A DNA stretch of 64,000 bases from positions 32,001 to 96,000 of the forward strand of contig JAINCQ010000028.1 of assembly GCA_036574205.1 (NCBI GenBank), read 5' to 3'. The notes under the pieces were generated by a model. It was given only the letters and a program-made list of their open reading frames with translations, was not told the origin of the DNA and did no database searches. The DNA is from Elusimicrobiota bacterium (GTDB lineage: Bacteria > Elusimicrobiota > Elusimicrobia > Elusimicrobiales > UBA9959). Each line of letters begins with the position of its first letter. Position 1 is the stretch's first letter. A program made the position numbers and the translations under genes. This document shows positions 42,848-52,667 of the stretch, in pieces.

Positions 42848-42885
42848 AGACACATGATTCTGCTTGATAGGAGAAAATATTAAGG

Positions 42886-43986
42886 TTATGTAAATGGAAA
42901 TGATATCTCAACGACTGCTCCAGTTGAATCGTTATAAATTTTAAATTCTCCATTGTGTTGTTTAACTATATTATATGATGAATAAAGTCCAATCCCAAGT
43001 CCTTTTTCGTCTTGTCTAAAAGACTTAAATGGTTCTATTTTTTCAATTATTTCTTTTGGAAAGCCGGGTCCATTGTCTGAGATTTTAATTTTTAGGTTGT
43101 TCCCTGATTCCTCAATCAAAATTTTTATAACTCCATTTTTTTCAGGAAGAAATGATTTAGAGTTTATAAGAATGTTAAGCAACGCTCTGGTTATAAGAAG
43201 GGGATTTCCTTTTATATTTTTCCTCCTAGATTTATCCATAAATTCAATCTTTGCGCCGGCTAATTTTAAAGCCGGTTTAATTGTTTCAATTGCCTGGTTG
43301 ACTGGTTCAGTTATATTGATAATGGTCATATCGTAGGCGTTGGATTTTGCGGAGTTTATCGCGTAATAGATAAGATTGGCTGACATCTTAGAAGCATATT
43401 TTATTCTCAATATATCTTCTTTTGAAAATGTTTCATTTCTTTCAATGATTTCCATCGTGAGGTTTATGATTGTTAAAAAATTTTTTATATCATGCATTGA
43501 AGTTGAAATTAACTCTAATTTTTCCTCAATTTTAGGATTTTGAATTTCTGTTTCAAAATTTACTGCATTTGCCATAAGCGCTTCTATTTCTTTTTTTTTG
43601 GAAATCACCTCTTCTTCAAGCATATACTTTGCCTTTACCTCTTTGCATATTATATATCCCCCACCTATAACTATAAAGCCTTCAATAAAACATTTTCCAA
43701 CATTTACCAAATCTTTATATGGCTGGTTCATATACATAAAAAACATCCCCAGAGCGACCATAATAGAAATAATCCAGAAGTAAAAATATGTTCCTGTCAT
43801 AGAAACTGTAAATATTGGAAGGAGTAAAAGAACCCAGAAATAAGAGTCTAATTGTCCTGAAAGATTAATTATTGAAAATGCAAGAATAAGATTTGTTACG
43901 GATATTAAAATTATTGCAAGAGGATTTATGTATAATTTGTTATTCAAATATCTATTAGTTGCAAAATTAATTACCATCAAAAACAT
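42886..43986 (-). CDS. Membrane sensor histidine kinase; true start probably upstream (about 44110-44134)
   Basis: Multi-TM N-terminus; SMHDIKNFL, NILINS, DNGPG, GLGIGL; frame stays open about 42 codons upstream. Confidence 0.85.
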   Translation of the reverse strand: MFLMVINFATNRYLNNKLYINPLAIILISVTNLILAFSIINLSGQLDSYFWVLLLLPIFTVSMTGTYFYFWIISIMVALGMFFMYMNQPYKDLVNVGKCFIEGFIVIGGGYIICKEVKAKYMLEEEVISKKKEIEALMANAVNFETEIQNPKIEEKLELISTSMHDIKNFLTIINLTMEIIERNETFSKEDILRIKYASKMSANLIYYAINSAKSNAYDMTIINITEPVNQAIETIKPALKLAGAKIEFMDKSRRKNIKGNPLLITRALLNILINSKSFLPEKNGVIKILIEESGNNLKIKISDNGPGFPKEIIEKIEPFKSFRQDEKGLGIGLYSSYNIVKQHNGEFKIYNDSTGAVVEISFPFT

Positions 43987-44229
43987 TAGCGGATATAGTA
44001 TTTTGGGGTAAATTATTTTGGGATTTGATTTAAAAAATAAAGCGATCGTAAAAATAAATACTGCAAATATAAGCTCATATTTATTTTTTTGAAAAATTTG
44101 GAATTGGATTGTTTATTTCCGGAAAAATTTTCATCTATTATATTATAGTATTAAATAAAGAAAAAAATACATATGATGTAGATTGTTTTATTATTTCTTT
44201 CTATTTCGTAAAATAAAAGGCTCAAGAGT

Positions 44230-44594
44230 GGATATGGTCGTATACAGTTATCAAATTCAACATCTTCATTTGTTAAATTGAATGCTTCCTGGATTTTTGT
44301 AAGGTCCTTATTTCTTTCTTTCTAAAGTTCTTTGTCCGATACGAATTGGTCATAAAGATTAGAATTACCATTTAAGTAGTGAATTTTTATCCTGCTTTTT
44401 GAGAAGTTTCCGTTGATGTTCAGTAACATCCTTAGTCACTAATATCTCTTTTTTTCTGCTTGATACAATTCATCAGACAGTTTAGCTTCTAACTTAGCGA
44501 TCTCAGGTTTGCGTGCTATTTCACAATCTCTGCAAAGCATACCTCTGGCAGAAAAGGATAGTTTCTTAGCACACCTTTGACAAAATTTCATCAT
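44230..44594 (-). pseudogene. Degraded gene with N-terminal CxxC...CxxC zinc ribbon
   Basis: MMKFCQRCAKKLSFSARGMLCRDCE... followed by frameshifted, stop-containing protein-like segments. Confidence 0.4.
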
Positions 44595-44751
44595 TTTTTA
44601 TCACTTCCAATTTTTATAATACCCTGAAGTCAATTGCAGAAAAAGTTTTGCATGCTTGCGAAGTTCTCTTTAGGCAATTTAGTGACGCGTCGCAAACACG
44701 TTGCCATATACTATTGGTCGTTTATCATTATTGTCGAAAATTTTCCATCAT

Positions 44752-45525
44752 TTATTTGAATTTTGAAAAGTATTTATCTATTTCTGGCCTCAACTCTATT
44801 CCTACTCTTTCAAAACAATTCAGTAACTCCAAATAAGCGCCTTCCCCTCCCAGAAAATCCCAAAATTCCTCTGCAACCTTGAGTTCATTATCTAAATCCA
44901 GCATTCCTTTTAGTGTCCATCTTTCATAAGGTTTTGGTTCGTATGGATTGTAAGGAATGGCAACATACTAATGAATATTCGCATCTGGATATTTTGATAA
45001 ATAGATTGCTATCCATTCCATTAATGTCCGCTTAAAATCTTTAAAATTGCTAATATTAGGTTTAGCTGTTTTTAAATCGAACAGATGTATGCTTCCATCT
45101 TTACTTTTAACAAACAAATCTACTTTAACTGTTCTTAATTTATTAATCTTAACCTTTACGCAAACTTTCCTTATCCTTTCAATTTCCTCTGTTTTGTTTG
45201 GAGTTCTACCTGTTGTTAGTTCGTTTATGATATGTTGAATTTCATTTTGAGCCTCTTCACTTATCGTATCACCTACCACAAATTGTTTTTGTGCAACAGG
45301 AAATCTTAAACCTGCCAATGTTTCAGCCACAGGTTCAAAAATGGAAATACCAAAAGTGGTGTTTAGAGAATGGATAAAAGAAAATAACGCCATCCTATCA
45401 CGACCAAGTAGGCGATAATGAAATGGCATATTACTGGTTTCTGGTTTATATGTTAAAAATTTATTCCTTAGACTTTCTCTAATAGTATTTTCAACTTTTT
45501 TTATTTGTTCTTTTGTAAGAGCCAT
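44752..45525 (-). pseudogene. TdeIII-family-like type II restriction endonuclease with an in-frame TAG at 44970..44968
   Basis: MPFHYRLLG, SLNTTFG..FE, VDL, DLKTAKPN; after TAG the frame continues YVAIPYNPYEPKPYERW...EEFWDFLGG to TAA 44752. Confidence 0.8.
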
Positions 45526-45528
45526 TTT

Positions 45529-47133
45529 TCATCTTTCCTTTAAATGAAATATTGATTCTGTGTAAGGAGTATTCCTATCTTTCTCCACTCTATTAAGGAC
45601 TGGCCTCTTGAATTGATTGACAATTTTCATCCCAGCCAATTCTGCAATCTTAGGATAAAGATGAAATTTATCATTAGCCACTAAAAAAATATCATAATCA
45701 TTTTGAAGATATTTCTTGCAATTTAGAAGAACCTCTGCTATGTTTCTACTATAAGAAATTCTTTGAGCTTCTCCCTGACCTTGGGATAGAGAGCCTATCT
45801 CTAAATCATCATTACGTTCAAATTCAAATATTTCATATGCATACGCATGTTGTTCGTGATAATCAATAAGTCCAACATAAGGTGGGCTTGAAAATATCCC
45901 TCTTATTTTTTGTCTTAATAACATTTCTGCAAACTCAGTGTCTCTTTTTTTAATTTCTTCGTAAATATTTATTGTCCTTGAGTCTCCGCATAAACAGACC
46001 TGAATTGTACCTGTTCTTAATTTATCAAATTCTTTAAGTCGATTTAGTGTATCTACTGTATAAAATTCCCACCATTTTGTGATAGAAAATATTGGTTTAC
46101 AAATTTTTCCATGCTTTTTGCAATAATATGGAGTAGTAACTGGTTCTTTTAGGGTAGCTAAATCTGCATGTGTCGTTGCTCTACAAGAGCGTACAGTTCT
46201 ACTTAAAACAATGGTTAAAACTTTCTTTACATCCATGTTATCTATCTTTTTTATTTCTTGTGCTAAGAAATCTATCTCTTTCCTTACAGGTTCTAAGAAC
46301 CACCTATCTAAAAAACTTTCATTTTTATCCTGTCTTATTTTGATATGATACCTTTGAATCAACTCATTATAAATAGTAAGAAACTCTTTTTCTTTCTCTT
46401 TGGAGTATTCATCTTCATTGATTGTTCTACTGGCAACTTTCCTTTTATATTCTGGCGATGGAAAATATTTAATGTTAAATTTTGCAAGTTCTGATAGTAA
46501 ATGTTCTTCAAAAATAATATTTTTTTTATTCTTCTGAAAGTCTTTTAATTTTGAAGTTAATTTGTGAATTGTGTCTGCAATTAAAATTAAATTATGCTTT
46601 TCAACTTTTACATTAGAAATTAAAACATTGAAAGAAGAAATATCTATTCCAATGGCATGCATTCCTAATTCGTTTGCCTGAACTAATGTTGTTCCACTTC
46701 CACAAAAAGGGTCTAATACTATATCACCTTTATGAAAGTATATCTCTTTCTTATACTCATCCGTGTGAGAATCAAGGAAATACTCTACTAATTGAGGAAT
46801 AAATTTACCCTTATAAAGATGTAACCTATGAACATGTTTTGTCCTTTCTGCTTCCTTATATTGGACAAATGAGATATGCCAATTAACATCTTCTCCTAAT
46901 ACCTTTTTCCAATCTTTTTCCCTAGAAAAAGAATCATAATAATTTTTTAATTCCTCTATATCTATGAGAGGATTCCCATCAGATCCATATCTTTTTATTC
47001 TTCCGTATTGAATTAGATAAGATATATTTGAAAGGGTAACTTTGCGACCTGTATATTGAGAAGCCAAAATACTTGCCTCTTTTAAATTAATCAATTTCTT
47101 ATCTTCTTCTCTAAAAGATGTAAATTGGTTCAT
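45529..47133 (-). CDS. N4-cytosine-type DNA methyltransferase with N-terminal HTH-like domain
   Basis: HVHRLHLYKGKFIPQ, LDPFCGSGTT, FSSPPY; adjacent to the endonuclease. Confidence 0.88.
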   Translation of the reverse strand: MNQFTSFREEDKKLINLKEASILASQYTGRKVTLSNISYLIQYGRIKRYGSDGNPLIDIEELKNYYDSFSREKDWKKVLGEDVNWHISFVQYKEAERTKHVHRLHLYKGKFIPQLVEYFLDSHTDEYKKEIYFHKGDIVLDPFCGSGTTLVQANELGMHAIGIDISSFNVLISNVKVEKHNLILIADTIHKLTSKLKDFQKNKKNIIFEEHLLSELAKFNIKYFPSPEYKRKVASRTINEDEYSKEKEKEFLTIYNELIQRYHIKIRQDKNESFLDRWFLEPVRKEIDFLAQEIKKIDNMDVKKVLTIVLSRTVRSCRATTHADLATLKEPVTTPYYCKKHGKICKPIFSITKWWEFYTVDTLNRLKEFDKLRTGTIQVCLCGDSRTINIYEEIKKRDTEFAEMLLRQKIRGIFSSPPYVGLIDYHEQHAYAYEIFEFERNDDLEIGSLSQGQGEAQRISYSRNIAEVLLNCKKYLQNDYDIFLVANDKFHLYPKIAELAGMKIVNQFKRPVLNRVEKDRNTPYTESIFHLKER

Positions 47134-47236
47134 TGCTTAACTTCTCCCTTTTTGTCTTTTGCTATTTAATTTTGCCAATAACAGCTTGATAAACTTTTCT
47201 TCTTTTTTCAAGCGACCAATTGCGTATAACTCGTTC

Positions 47237-47259
47237 ATATCCGAATCAGTTTCGGATAT
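47237..47259. promoter_or_regulatory. Inverted repeat ATATCCGAA-N5-TTCGGATAT (candidate operator)
   Basis: Perfect 9-bp arms about 105 bp upstream of the methyltransferase start. Confidence 0.4.
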
Positions 47260-47343
47260 ACCATTGATTTTGGGGTGATATCCAAAGCAGTTTAGATACT
47301 CCGAATGTAGCTAATCCCTTTAACTTGGAATATACTCTTTTCG

Positions 47344-47417
47344 TGGGCCCGGTAGGACTTGAACCTACGACCCATCCGTTATGAGCGGATTGCTCTGACC
47401 GACTGAGCTACGGGCCC
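47344..47417 (-). tRNA. tRNA with CAT anticodon, most likely tRNA-Ile2 (lysidine type)
   Basis: GGGCCCG/CGGGCCC acceptor, ATCCG CTCATAA CGGAT anticodon arm, GGTTCAAGTCC; paired 1:72 and no GGG/CCC anticodon stem, so not initiator. Confidence 0.9.
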
Positions 47418-47487
47418 TGATAACTATATTATATTTTTTTTGAAAACAAATTCAAAATAAATTATATATATTTGCAAACTTTTATCT

Positions 47488-47530
47488 TTATCCACAGTTT
47501 AACCACGGTCGTGTAAAAGTAGTGGATGTT
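47488..47530 (-). repeat. 43-bp DnaA-box palindrome (solo copy)
   Basis: Plus strand TTATCCACAGTTTAACCACGGTCGTGTAAAAGTAGTGGATGTT. Confidence 0.9.
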
Positions 47531-47682
47531 ATTTTTATGAGATTATGGAAATTTATCTAATATTTTCTATTTTGCTTGCAATCTTAATCATATAGTTTAG
47601 AAAGGATAAAAATTTTTTTCATAAATAAAATATAAAGAATCTCCTAAAGACAGTTTTTTAGTAGTGTTAAAAGCCAATTTAG

Positions 47683-48936
47683 TTAGAGTTTTTCAATAGA
47701 CCCTAAATAGTTTCTAAGATCCTTCCAGAAGGAGGAATAAGTTTTTGACACAGAATCTTTATCTTTTATTTTAATTTCTGGATTATTGATTATTTTAAGT
47801 AAGCCACCAATCATTGCAACTCTATGGTCTTTTTGTGGATCAAGGCTTTTGATTTTTTTAAAATCAGATGGTCCAATTATAGTTAACTTATTTTTGGTTC
47901 TTTTAACCCTAACTCCAAGTTTTTTAAGAATTAAAAATATATTTGAAAATCTGTCAGATTCTTTGTTTTTTAAAAGGTTTATATGGTGTATTTCGCTCTT
48001 CCCCTTAGCTTTTGCCATAATAAGGGCAAGTGGCATAATCTCATCTATCATAGTAGTTATATCTTCTTTTATAACTATTGGTTTTAAGTTTTTTGGTGGT
48101 TTTATATGTATATCTGCTATTGGTTCATTTGATATAACTTTTTTGTTTTTAAACAAAATCTTTGCCCCCATTTCAGATATTGCTTTTAAAAATCCAATTC
48201 TTTTAGGGTTAATACCACAGTTTTTAATAACTATTTCTTTTTTTAATAACAAAGCTATTGTAATAAAAACAGCAGCCTGTGATATATCCCCTGGAACTTC
48301 TATATTTTTCGGAGTTAATTTATTTTTGGTAATGTAAATACTTTTTCCGGCTTTATGTGTAGTTATTCCAAACACTTTTAAAATCCTTTCCGTATGGTCT
48401 CTTGTTAAAAAAGTTTCTTTTATTTTTATAGGACCGGAATATAATGATGCTATTAATAAAGCAGATTTTGTCTGAGCTGAACTGGTTTTAAAATTTAGGG
48501 GTTTTAAAATTGATGGATATGTTTGAATCGGTAACTTAAAATTATTATGTTTTATTTTAGCCCCCATTTTTTTAAAAATCAGTATATCCTGTTTAAAACT
48601 TCTTCTTAAAATAGTCTTTTGTCCATTTATTTTATAGGGAAATTTTTGATTTAAAAGAATTGGAAGCAAAAGTCTTAATAGAAGAGCAGATTCTCCAACG
48701 TTTATTTGAGCTTTTTTAGCACCATATTTGCCGAACCCTTTTATCTCAATAGATTTTGAGTTTATTTTTATTTTAGCTCCAAGTCTCCTGAGATTTTTTA
48801 TTGTATTTAATGAGTCCTCTGATATAAGCGGATTTAAAATTTTTATTTTTTTATCTGAAAGCGATGAAAGAACAAGATCTCTTATTGTTATTGATTTATC
48901 TGGAGGGGGGATGTATATTATTTTATTTTTCATCAT
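47683..48936 (-). CDS. aroA: EPSP synthase
   Basis: PPDKSIT, VGESA, SSAQTKS, TRDHTE, VPGDIS, KESDR, DHRVAM. Confidence 0.92.
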   Translation of the reverse strand: MMKNKIIYIPPPDKSITIRDLVLSSLSDKKIKILNPLISEDSLNTIKNLRRLGAKIKINSKSIEIKGFGKYGAKKAQINVGESALLLRLLLPILLNQKFPYKINGQKTILRRSFKQDILIFKKMGAKIKHNNFKLPIQTYPSILKPLNFKTSSAQTKSALLIASLYSGPIKIKETFLTRDHTERILKVFGITTHKAGKSIYITKNKLTPKNIEVPGDISQAAVFITIALLLKKEIVIKNCGINPKRIGFLKAISEMGAKILFKNKKVISNEPIADIHIKPPKNLKPIVIKEDITTMIDEIMPLALIMAKAKGKSEIHHINLLKNKESDRFSNIFLILKKLGVRVKRTKNKLTIIGPSDFKKIKSLDPQKDHRVAMIGGLLKIINNPEIKIKDKDSVSKTYSSFWKDLRNYLGSIEKL

Positions 48937-49372
48937 CCGTATTAATCTTCAAACAGAAATCTATTGCTTTTAAATAAGAGTTTATGCCTTCACCCAAAAA
49001 AGTTTTGATACAGACATCTTTTACGACGGATTTTCTTCTAAATTTTTCGCGTTTATTGATATCTGAAAGGTGAACCTCTATTGTTGGAATTCCGCATGCT
49101 TTTATGCAATCCCTTATAGCATAGCTATAATGGGTAAATGCCGCGGGGTTTATTATTATAAAATCCGCCCAGTTCATTTGTTTTGTTATTAAATCTATTA
49201 TCTCGCCTTCATAATTTGATTGATATATTTTTATCAAAACATTTTTAGACTTTGCATAACTTTTTAATTTTTTATTTACTTCTTTAAGCGAAAGCTTGCC
49301 ATATATTTCTGGTTCCCTTTTACCAAGGAGGTGGAGATTAGGACCGTGTATGATTAATATTTTTTTTCGCAT
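48923..49372 (-). CDS. aroQ: Type II 3-dehydroquinate dehydratase
   Basis: HGPNLHLLGKREPEIYG, QSNYEG, INPAAFTHYS, IEVHLS. Confidence 0.96.
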   Translation of the reverse strand: MRKKILIIHGPNLHLLGKREPEIYGKLSLKEVNKKLKSYAKSKNVLIKIYQSNYEGEIIDLITKQMNWADFIIINPAAFTHYSYAIRDCIKACGIPTIEVHLSDINKREKFRRKSVVKDVCIKTFLGEGINSYLKAIDFCLKINTDDEK

Positions 49373-50397
49373 AACTCCTCATATGTTTTTGATAATATTG
49401 AAGGATCAATGTTTATAGCAGGTTTAATTTTCTTTTTCTTTAATACAAGAAAATAATTATTAGATCCTTTATTTTTCTTATCATAAGTTATTAATTCAGA
49501 AAATCTTTTAAAGTCAGATTTTTTAAAAGGAAATGCTGGCTCATAGATTTTGAATATTTCGCTAAATTTCTCCTTTTTATAGTTTATAAGTCCTAAATTT
49601 TTTGATAAAAGTACTTCATATATAACACCATAATATACTGCATCGCCATGAGAAATGTCATATAACTTTTCAAAAGCATGAGCGGGAGTATGTCCGAAAT
49701 TTAGAATTTCTCGCTTTCCATTTGAATCAAAAGGGTCTTTCTGGACTATATCGGTTTTAAATTTGACACATAAATTTATGGAAGATTTAATTGCCTGTGG
49801 ATTTTTAGTTATTACTGATGGCAGAAGTTTTTTTAGTTTTTCTGATGTTTTTTGTGGGGTTATTAAGATGTATTTTACCATCTCGCCTATCCCGTTAAAA
49901 AAAGTTTTATTTTGTTTTAAGGGAAATTCCCAGTCTATGAGGACAAGCACCGGAAAATGAAAAGTGCCTAAAAGATTTTTAATTCCATTAAAATCTATTG
50001 CAGTTTTCCCGCCGATAGAGGCATCTATCTGTGAAAGAAATGTGGTTGGGACAGATATCCATCTGATTCCACGCATATAAAGCGAAGAGGCAAGGCCGAC
50101 TATATCTGAAACCTTCCCGCCGCCAAATGCAAGAACAATAGAGTTTCTTGTTAATTTATTTTTGGCAAAAAAATTTAAAATACTTGAAAGCTCAGAAAGA
50201 TTTTTGTTGCTAAGAGGTTGTAATTCAAAAACTGGATATGAGTTAATTTTTCTTTTTAAAAAAGGTTTTGCCATTGAATCTGCTACAATAACAAGTTTAT
50301 CGTAATCTAAATCTGATAGTTCTTTTTTCAAATTCAGGTTCTCTAAAATTTTTATAAAAGAGTGTGTTGTTCTCTTAATTTTTAGTTTAATTTCCAT
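49354..50397 (-). CDS. aroB: 3-dehydroquinate synthase
   Basis: FGGGKVSD, PTTFLSQIDASIGGKT, KNLLG, LNFGHT..H, SHGDAV. Confidence 0.93.
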   Translation of the reverse strand: MEIKLKIKRTTHSFIKILENLNLKKELSDLDYDKLVIVADSMAKPFLKRKINSYPVFELQPLSNKNLSELSSILNFFAKNKLTRNSIVLAFGGGKVSDIVGLASSLYMRGIRWISVPTTFLSQIDASIGGKTAIDFNGIKNLLGTFHFPVLVLIDWEFPLKQNKTFFNGIGEMVKYILITPQKTSEKLKKLLPSVITKNPQAIKSSINLCVKFKTDIVQKDPFDSNGKREILNFGHTPAHAFEKLYDISHGDAVYYGVIYEVLLSKNLGLINYKKEKFSEIFKIYEPAFPFKKSDFKRFSELITYDKKNKGSNNYFLVLKKKKIKPAINIDPSILSKTYEELCEKKY

Positions 50398-50905
50398 AAT
50401 ATGCGGCTTTTATTTTATTAGTTATTTCCCTCAATTTTATTTCTTTTATTGTGATAAGAGCTTTTGAGTATTTTTTTAATCTTTTCTTATAAAGCGTAAT
50501 TATCTTTTTTTTGGTTTCAGGATATCCTGTTAATAATGGGCGTGTGTTTTTGTTTTTTAAAAACCTTTTCTCAAGAATCTCAAATGGTGGATTTAAAAAG
50601 ATTTCAAGCGCTTGTGGTTTTTTTGTTGGGAAGAATCCTCCTCCCGTGGCTATAACACAGTTTTCCTCTTTCAGAATTTTTGAAAAAATTTTTTTCTCAA
50701 TCTTTCTAAAATTGGTGAATCCATATCTTTTAGTAAAATCTGATATTCTTCCATGTATTTTTTCAAACTCAGTATCAATGTCATAAAATTTAAGCCCTAA
50801 TTTTTTTGAAATAGATTTTGCCACTGTAGTTTTCCCTGAGCACATAAAACCGTATAATATTATCTTTTTATATTTTGAAGTTTTTTTAGTGTTTGTCTTT
50901 TCCAT
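50387..50905 (-). CDS. aroK: Shikimate kinase
   Basis: GFMCSGKTT, DID, FRKIE, IATGGG, TRPLL. Confidence 0.9.
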   Translation of the reverse strand: MEKTNTKKTSKYKKIILYGFMCSGKTTVAKSISKKLGLKFYDIDTEFEKIHGRISDFTKRYGFTNFRKIEKKIFSKILKEENCVIATGGGFFPTKKPQALEIFLNPPFEILEKRFLKNKNTRPLLTGYPETKKKIITLYKKRLKKYSKALITIKEIKLREITNKIKAAYYGN

Positions 50906-51879
50906 ATATTGAATGCTCTTTTTATTTCATTGAAATTTTCATTGCCAAATTTTAACATTATCTCATTTGCCAGTGTATATGAAACAACATGTTCACAGAT
51001 TATGGCAGCTGCAAAAACTGAGGTTATATCACTTGTTTGTGATGATAGTTTTAGTTTCTTTTTAGTTTTAAGGTCATAGCTAATTACTTCTTTTTTAATA
51101 GAAGCCAGAGGTCTTGTTGCGGCTCTTATGATAATATCGTTCCCATCAGTTATGCCAGCTTCAATTCCCCCCAGAACAGCCGGATGCTTTATAACCTCAG
51201 TAACTTCCTTCTGACTTAATTTAAACCCATCTCCAAACTCAATGCCTTTTATTGAGCCAATTGTTAAAATTGCTGATGCAAGTTTTGAAGAGATTCTATC
51301 TTCACCCTGTGAAAAACCGCCAACTCCAGCCGGAAAGTTTTTTACTCTTATTTCAAAAACACCGCCAAAACTCAAACCTCTTTCTTCAAAATTCTTTATT
51401 ATACTCTCAAATTTTTTATTATCATTTTCTCCATAACAGGATATAACCTTTGATTCTACTTTTATTCCAAGAAGTTCAATAAATCTTTTTGTAAAAGAGA
51501 ATATGGCAACTCTTGCCGCAGTTTCCCGCGCAGATGATCTTTCCTTTATTATTTCTGCGTTATAATGGGAATATTTAATCATACCCGCAAGTTCACTATG
51601 GGTGGGGGTGAAGTAAGAATGCGGTTGGATTTGAGAGGGATTTGAATTTTCAATTAAAATCCCTATAGGCATTCCGGTTGTTATCCCGTTTTTAACCCCG
51701 CTTATAATTTCAAATTTGTCTGTTTCAGATTTCTGTCTTATTCCCCTTCCAGGACATTCTCTCCTTCTTTTAAGTTCATTGGCTATATACTGAGGGGTTA
51801 TCCTTACACCATAAGGAAAACCATCAAGGATTGCAACAAGAAATTTTCCATGAGAATCTCCTGCTGTTAGATACTTCAT
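50860..51879 (-). CDS. aroC: Chorismate synthase (divergent)
   Basis: TAGDSHG, ERSSARETAARVA, SIKGIEFGDGF, GGIEAGITDG. Confidence 0.9.
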   Translation of the reverse strand: MKYLTAGDSHGKFLVAILDGFPYGVRITPQYIANELKRRRECPGRGIRQKSETDKFEIISGVKNGITTGMPIGILIENSNPSQIQPHSYFTPTHSELAGMIKYSHYNAEIIKERSSARETAARVAIFSFTKRFIELLGIKVESKVISCYGENDNKKFESIIKNFEERGLSFGGVFEIRVKNFPAGVGGFSQGEDRISSKLASAILTIGSIKGIEFGDGFKLSQKEVTEVIKHPAVLGGIEAGITDGNDIIIRAATRPLASIKKEVISYDLKTKKKLKLSSQTSDITSVFAAAIICEHVVSYTLANEIMLKFGNENFNEIKRAFNIWKRQTLKKLQNIKR

Positions 51880-52667
51880 AAATTCCTCTTTAAATATTTT
51901 ATAAGTTTTCTATTTATATTTGAAACTAAAATTCCTGTGATAAATTTAAATCCCTCAATTGCTTGTTGGACTAAAATTTCAATGCCGTCTATATAATTTA
52001 TTTTTTTCTTTTTTGCTTCACAAATTATATTGGTATCATTTTTATCATAAGCCCAGTCTACTAAAAGAGATAAGTTTTTAAAGTTTATATTGAGAGTATC
52101 ATTTGAATACATCCCTATTGGTGTCGCATTTATAAATATATCATATTCTTTTTCGCATTTATTGAATCCAAAAACCTCAAACTTAAACTTCTTGCCAAAT
52201 TTTTTACACATAGCCTTTGCTTTTTTTTCATTTCTTGCTGATATAAAAATTTTTTTTACGCCCATTTCACCAAGCGCTTTAATTGATGCTCTTGCAGATC
52301 CTCCACAGCCTGCTATAAGAGCTGTCTTGCCTTTAATCTTGTATCGGCTGATTAGTTTTTTGAAAGCAAGATAGTCAGTATTTATCCCGAAAGCTTTTGA
52401 ATCCCTTATCTTTACACAGTTTATAGCGCCAATTTTTTTAGATAACGGTTTAATAGATGGGTGTTTAAATAGCTGTTCTTTAAATGGTATAGTTATAAAA
52501 AATCCATCATATCCATTTCCAATTATCTCATTAACTAATTCTTGACAATTTTTAGTCTCAAAAAGGGTAAATTTTAATTTAATTTTTTTCTCTCTTGCAA
52601 TATATTCAAATATTTTTTTAGAAAGTGATTTTGAAAGTGGATATCCCAGCAGTCCCAGTTTTATCAT
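51876..52667 (-). CDS. aroE: Shikimate dehydrogenase
   Basis: GYPLSKSLS, TIPFK, GAINC, NTD, GCGGSA, INATPIGM, DGIEILVQQA. Confidence 0.9.
   Translation of the reverse strand: MIKLGLLGYPLSKSLSKKIFEYIAREKKIKLKFTLFETKNCQELVNEIIGNGYDGFFITIPFKEQLFKHPSIKPLSKKIGAINCVKIRDSKAFGINTDYLAFKKLISRYKIKGKTALIAGCGGSARASIKALGEMGVKKIFISARNEKKAKAMCKKFGKKFKFEVFGFNKCEKEYDIFINATPIGMYSNDTLNINFKNLSLLVDWAYDKNDTNIICEAKKKKINYIDGIEILVQQAIEGFKFITGILVSNINRKLIKYLKRNL

Noticed and set aside
32099..44970. Genome-wide reassignment of TAG
   Set aside because: TAG is the true stop of many intact genes (etfB, kinase, cyclase, hutU) and the interrupted positions imply different amino acids.
44200..47344. Intact integrative element with att duplication of the tRNA 3' end
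   Set aside because: No integrase and no duplicate of the tRNA 3' end found by eye.
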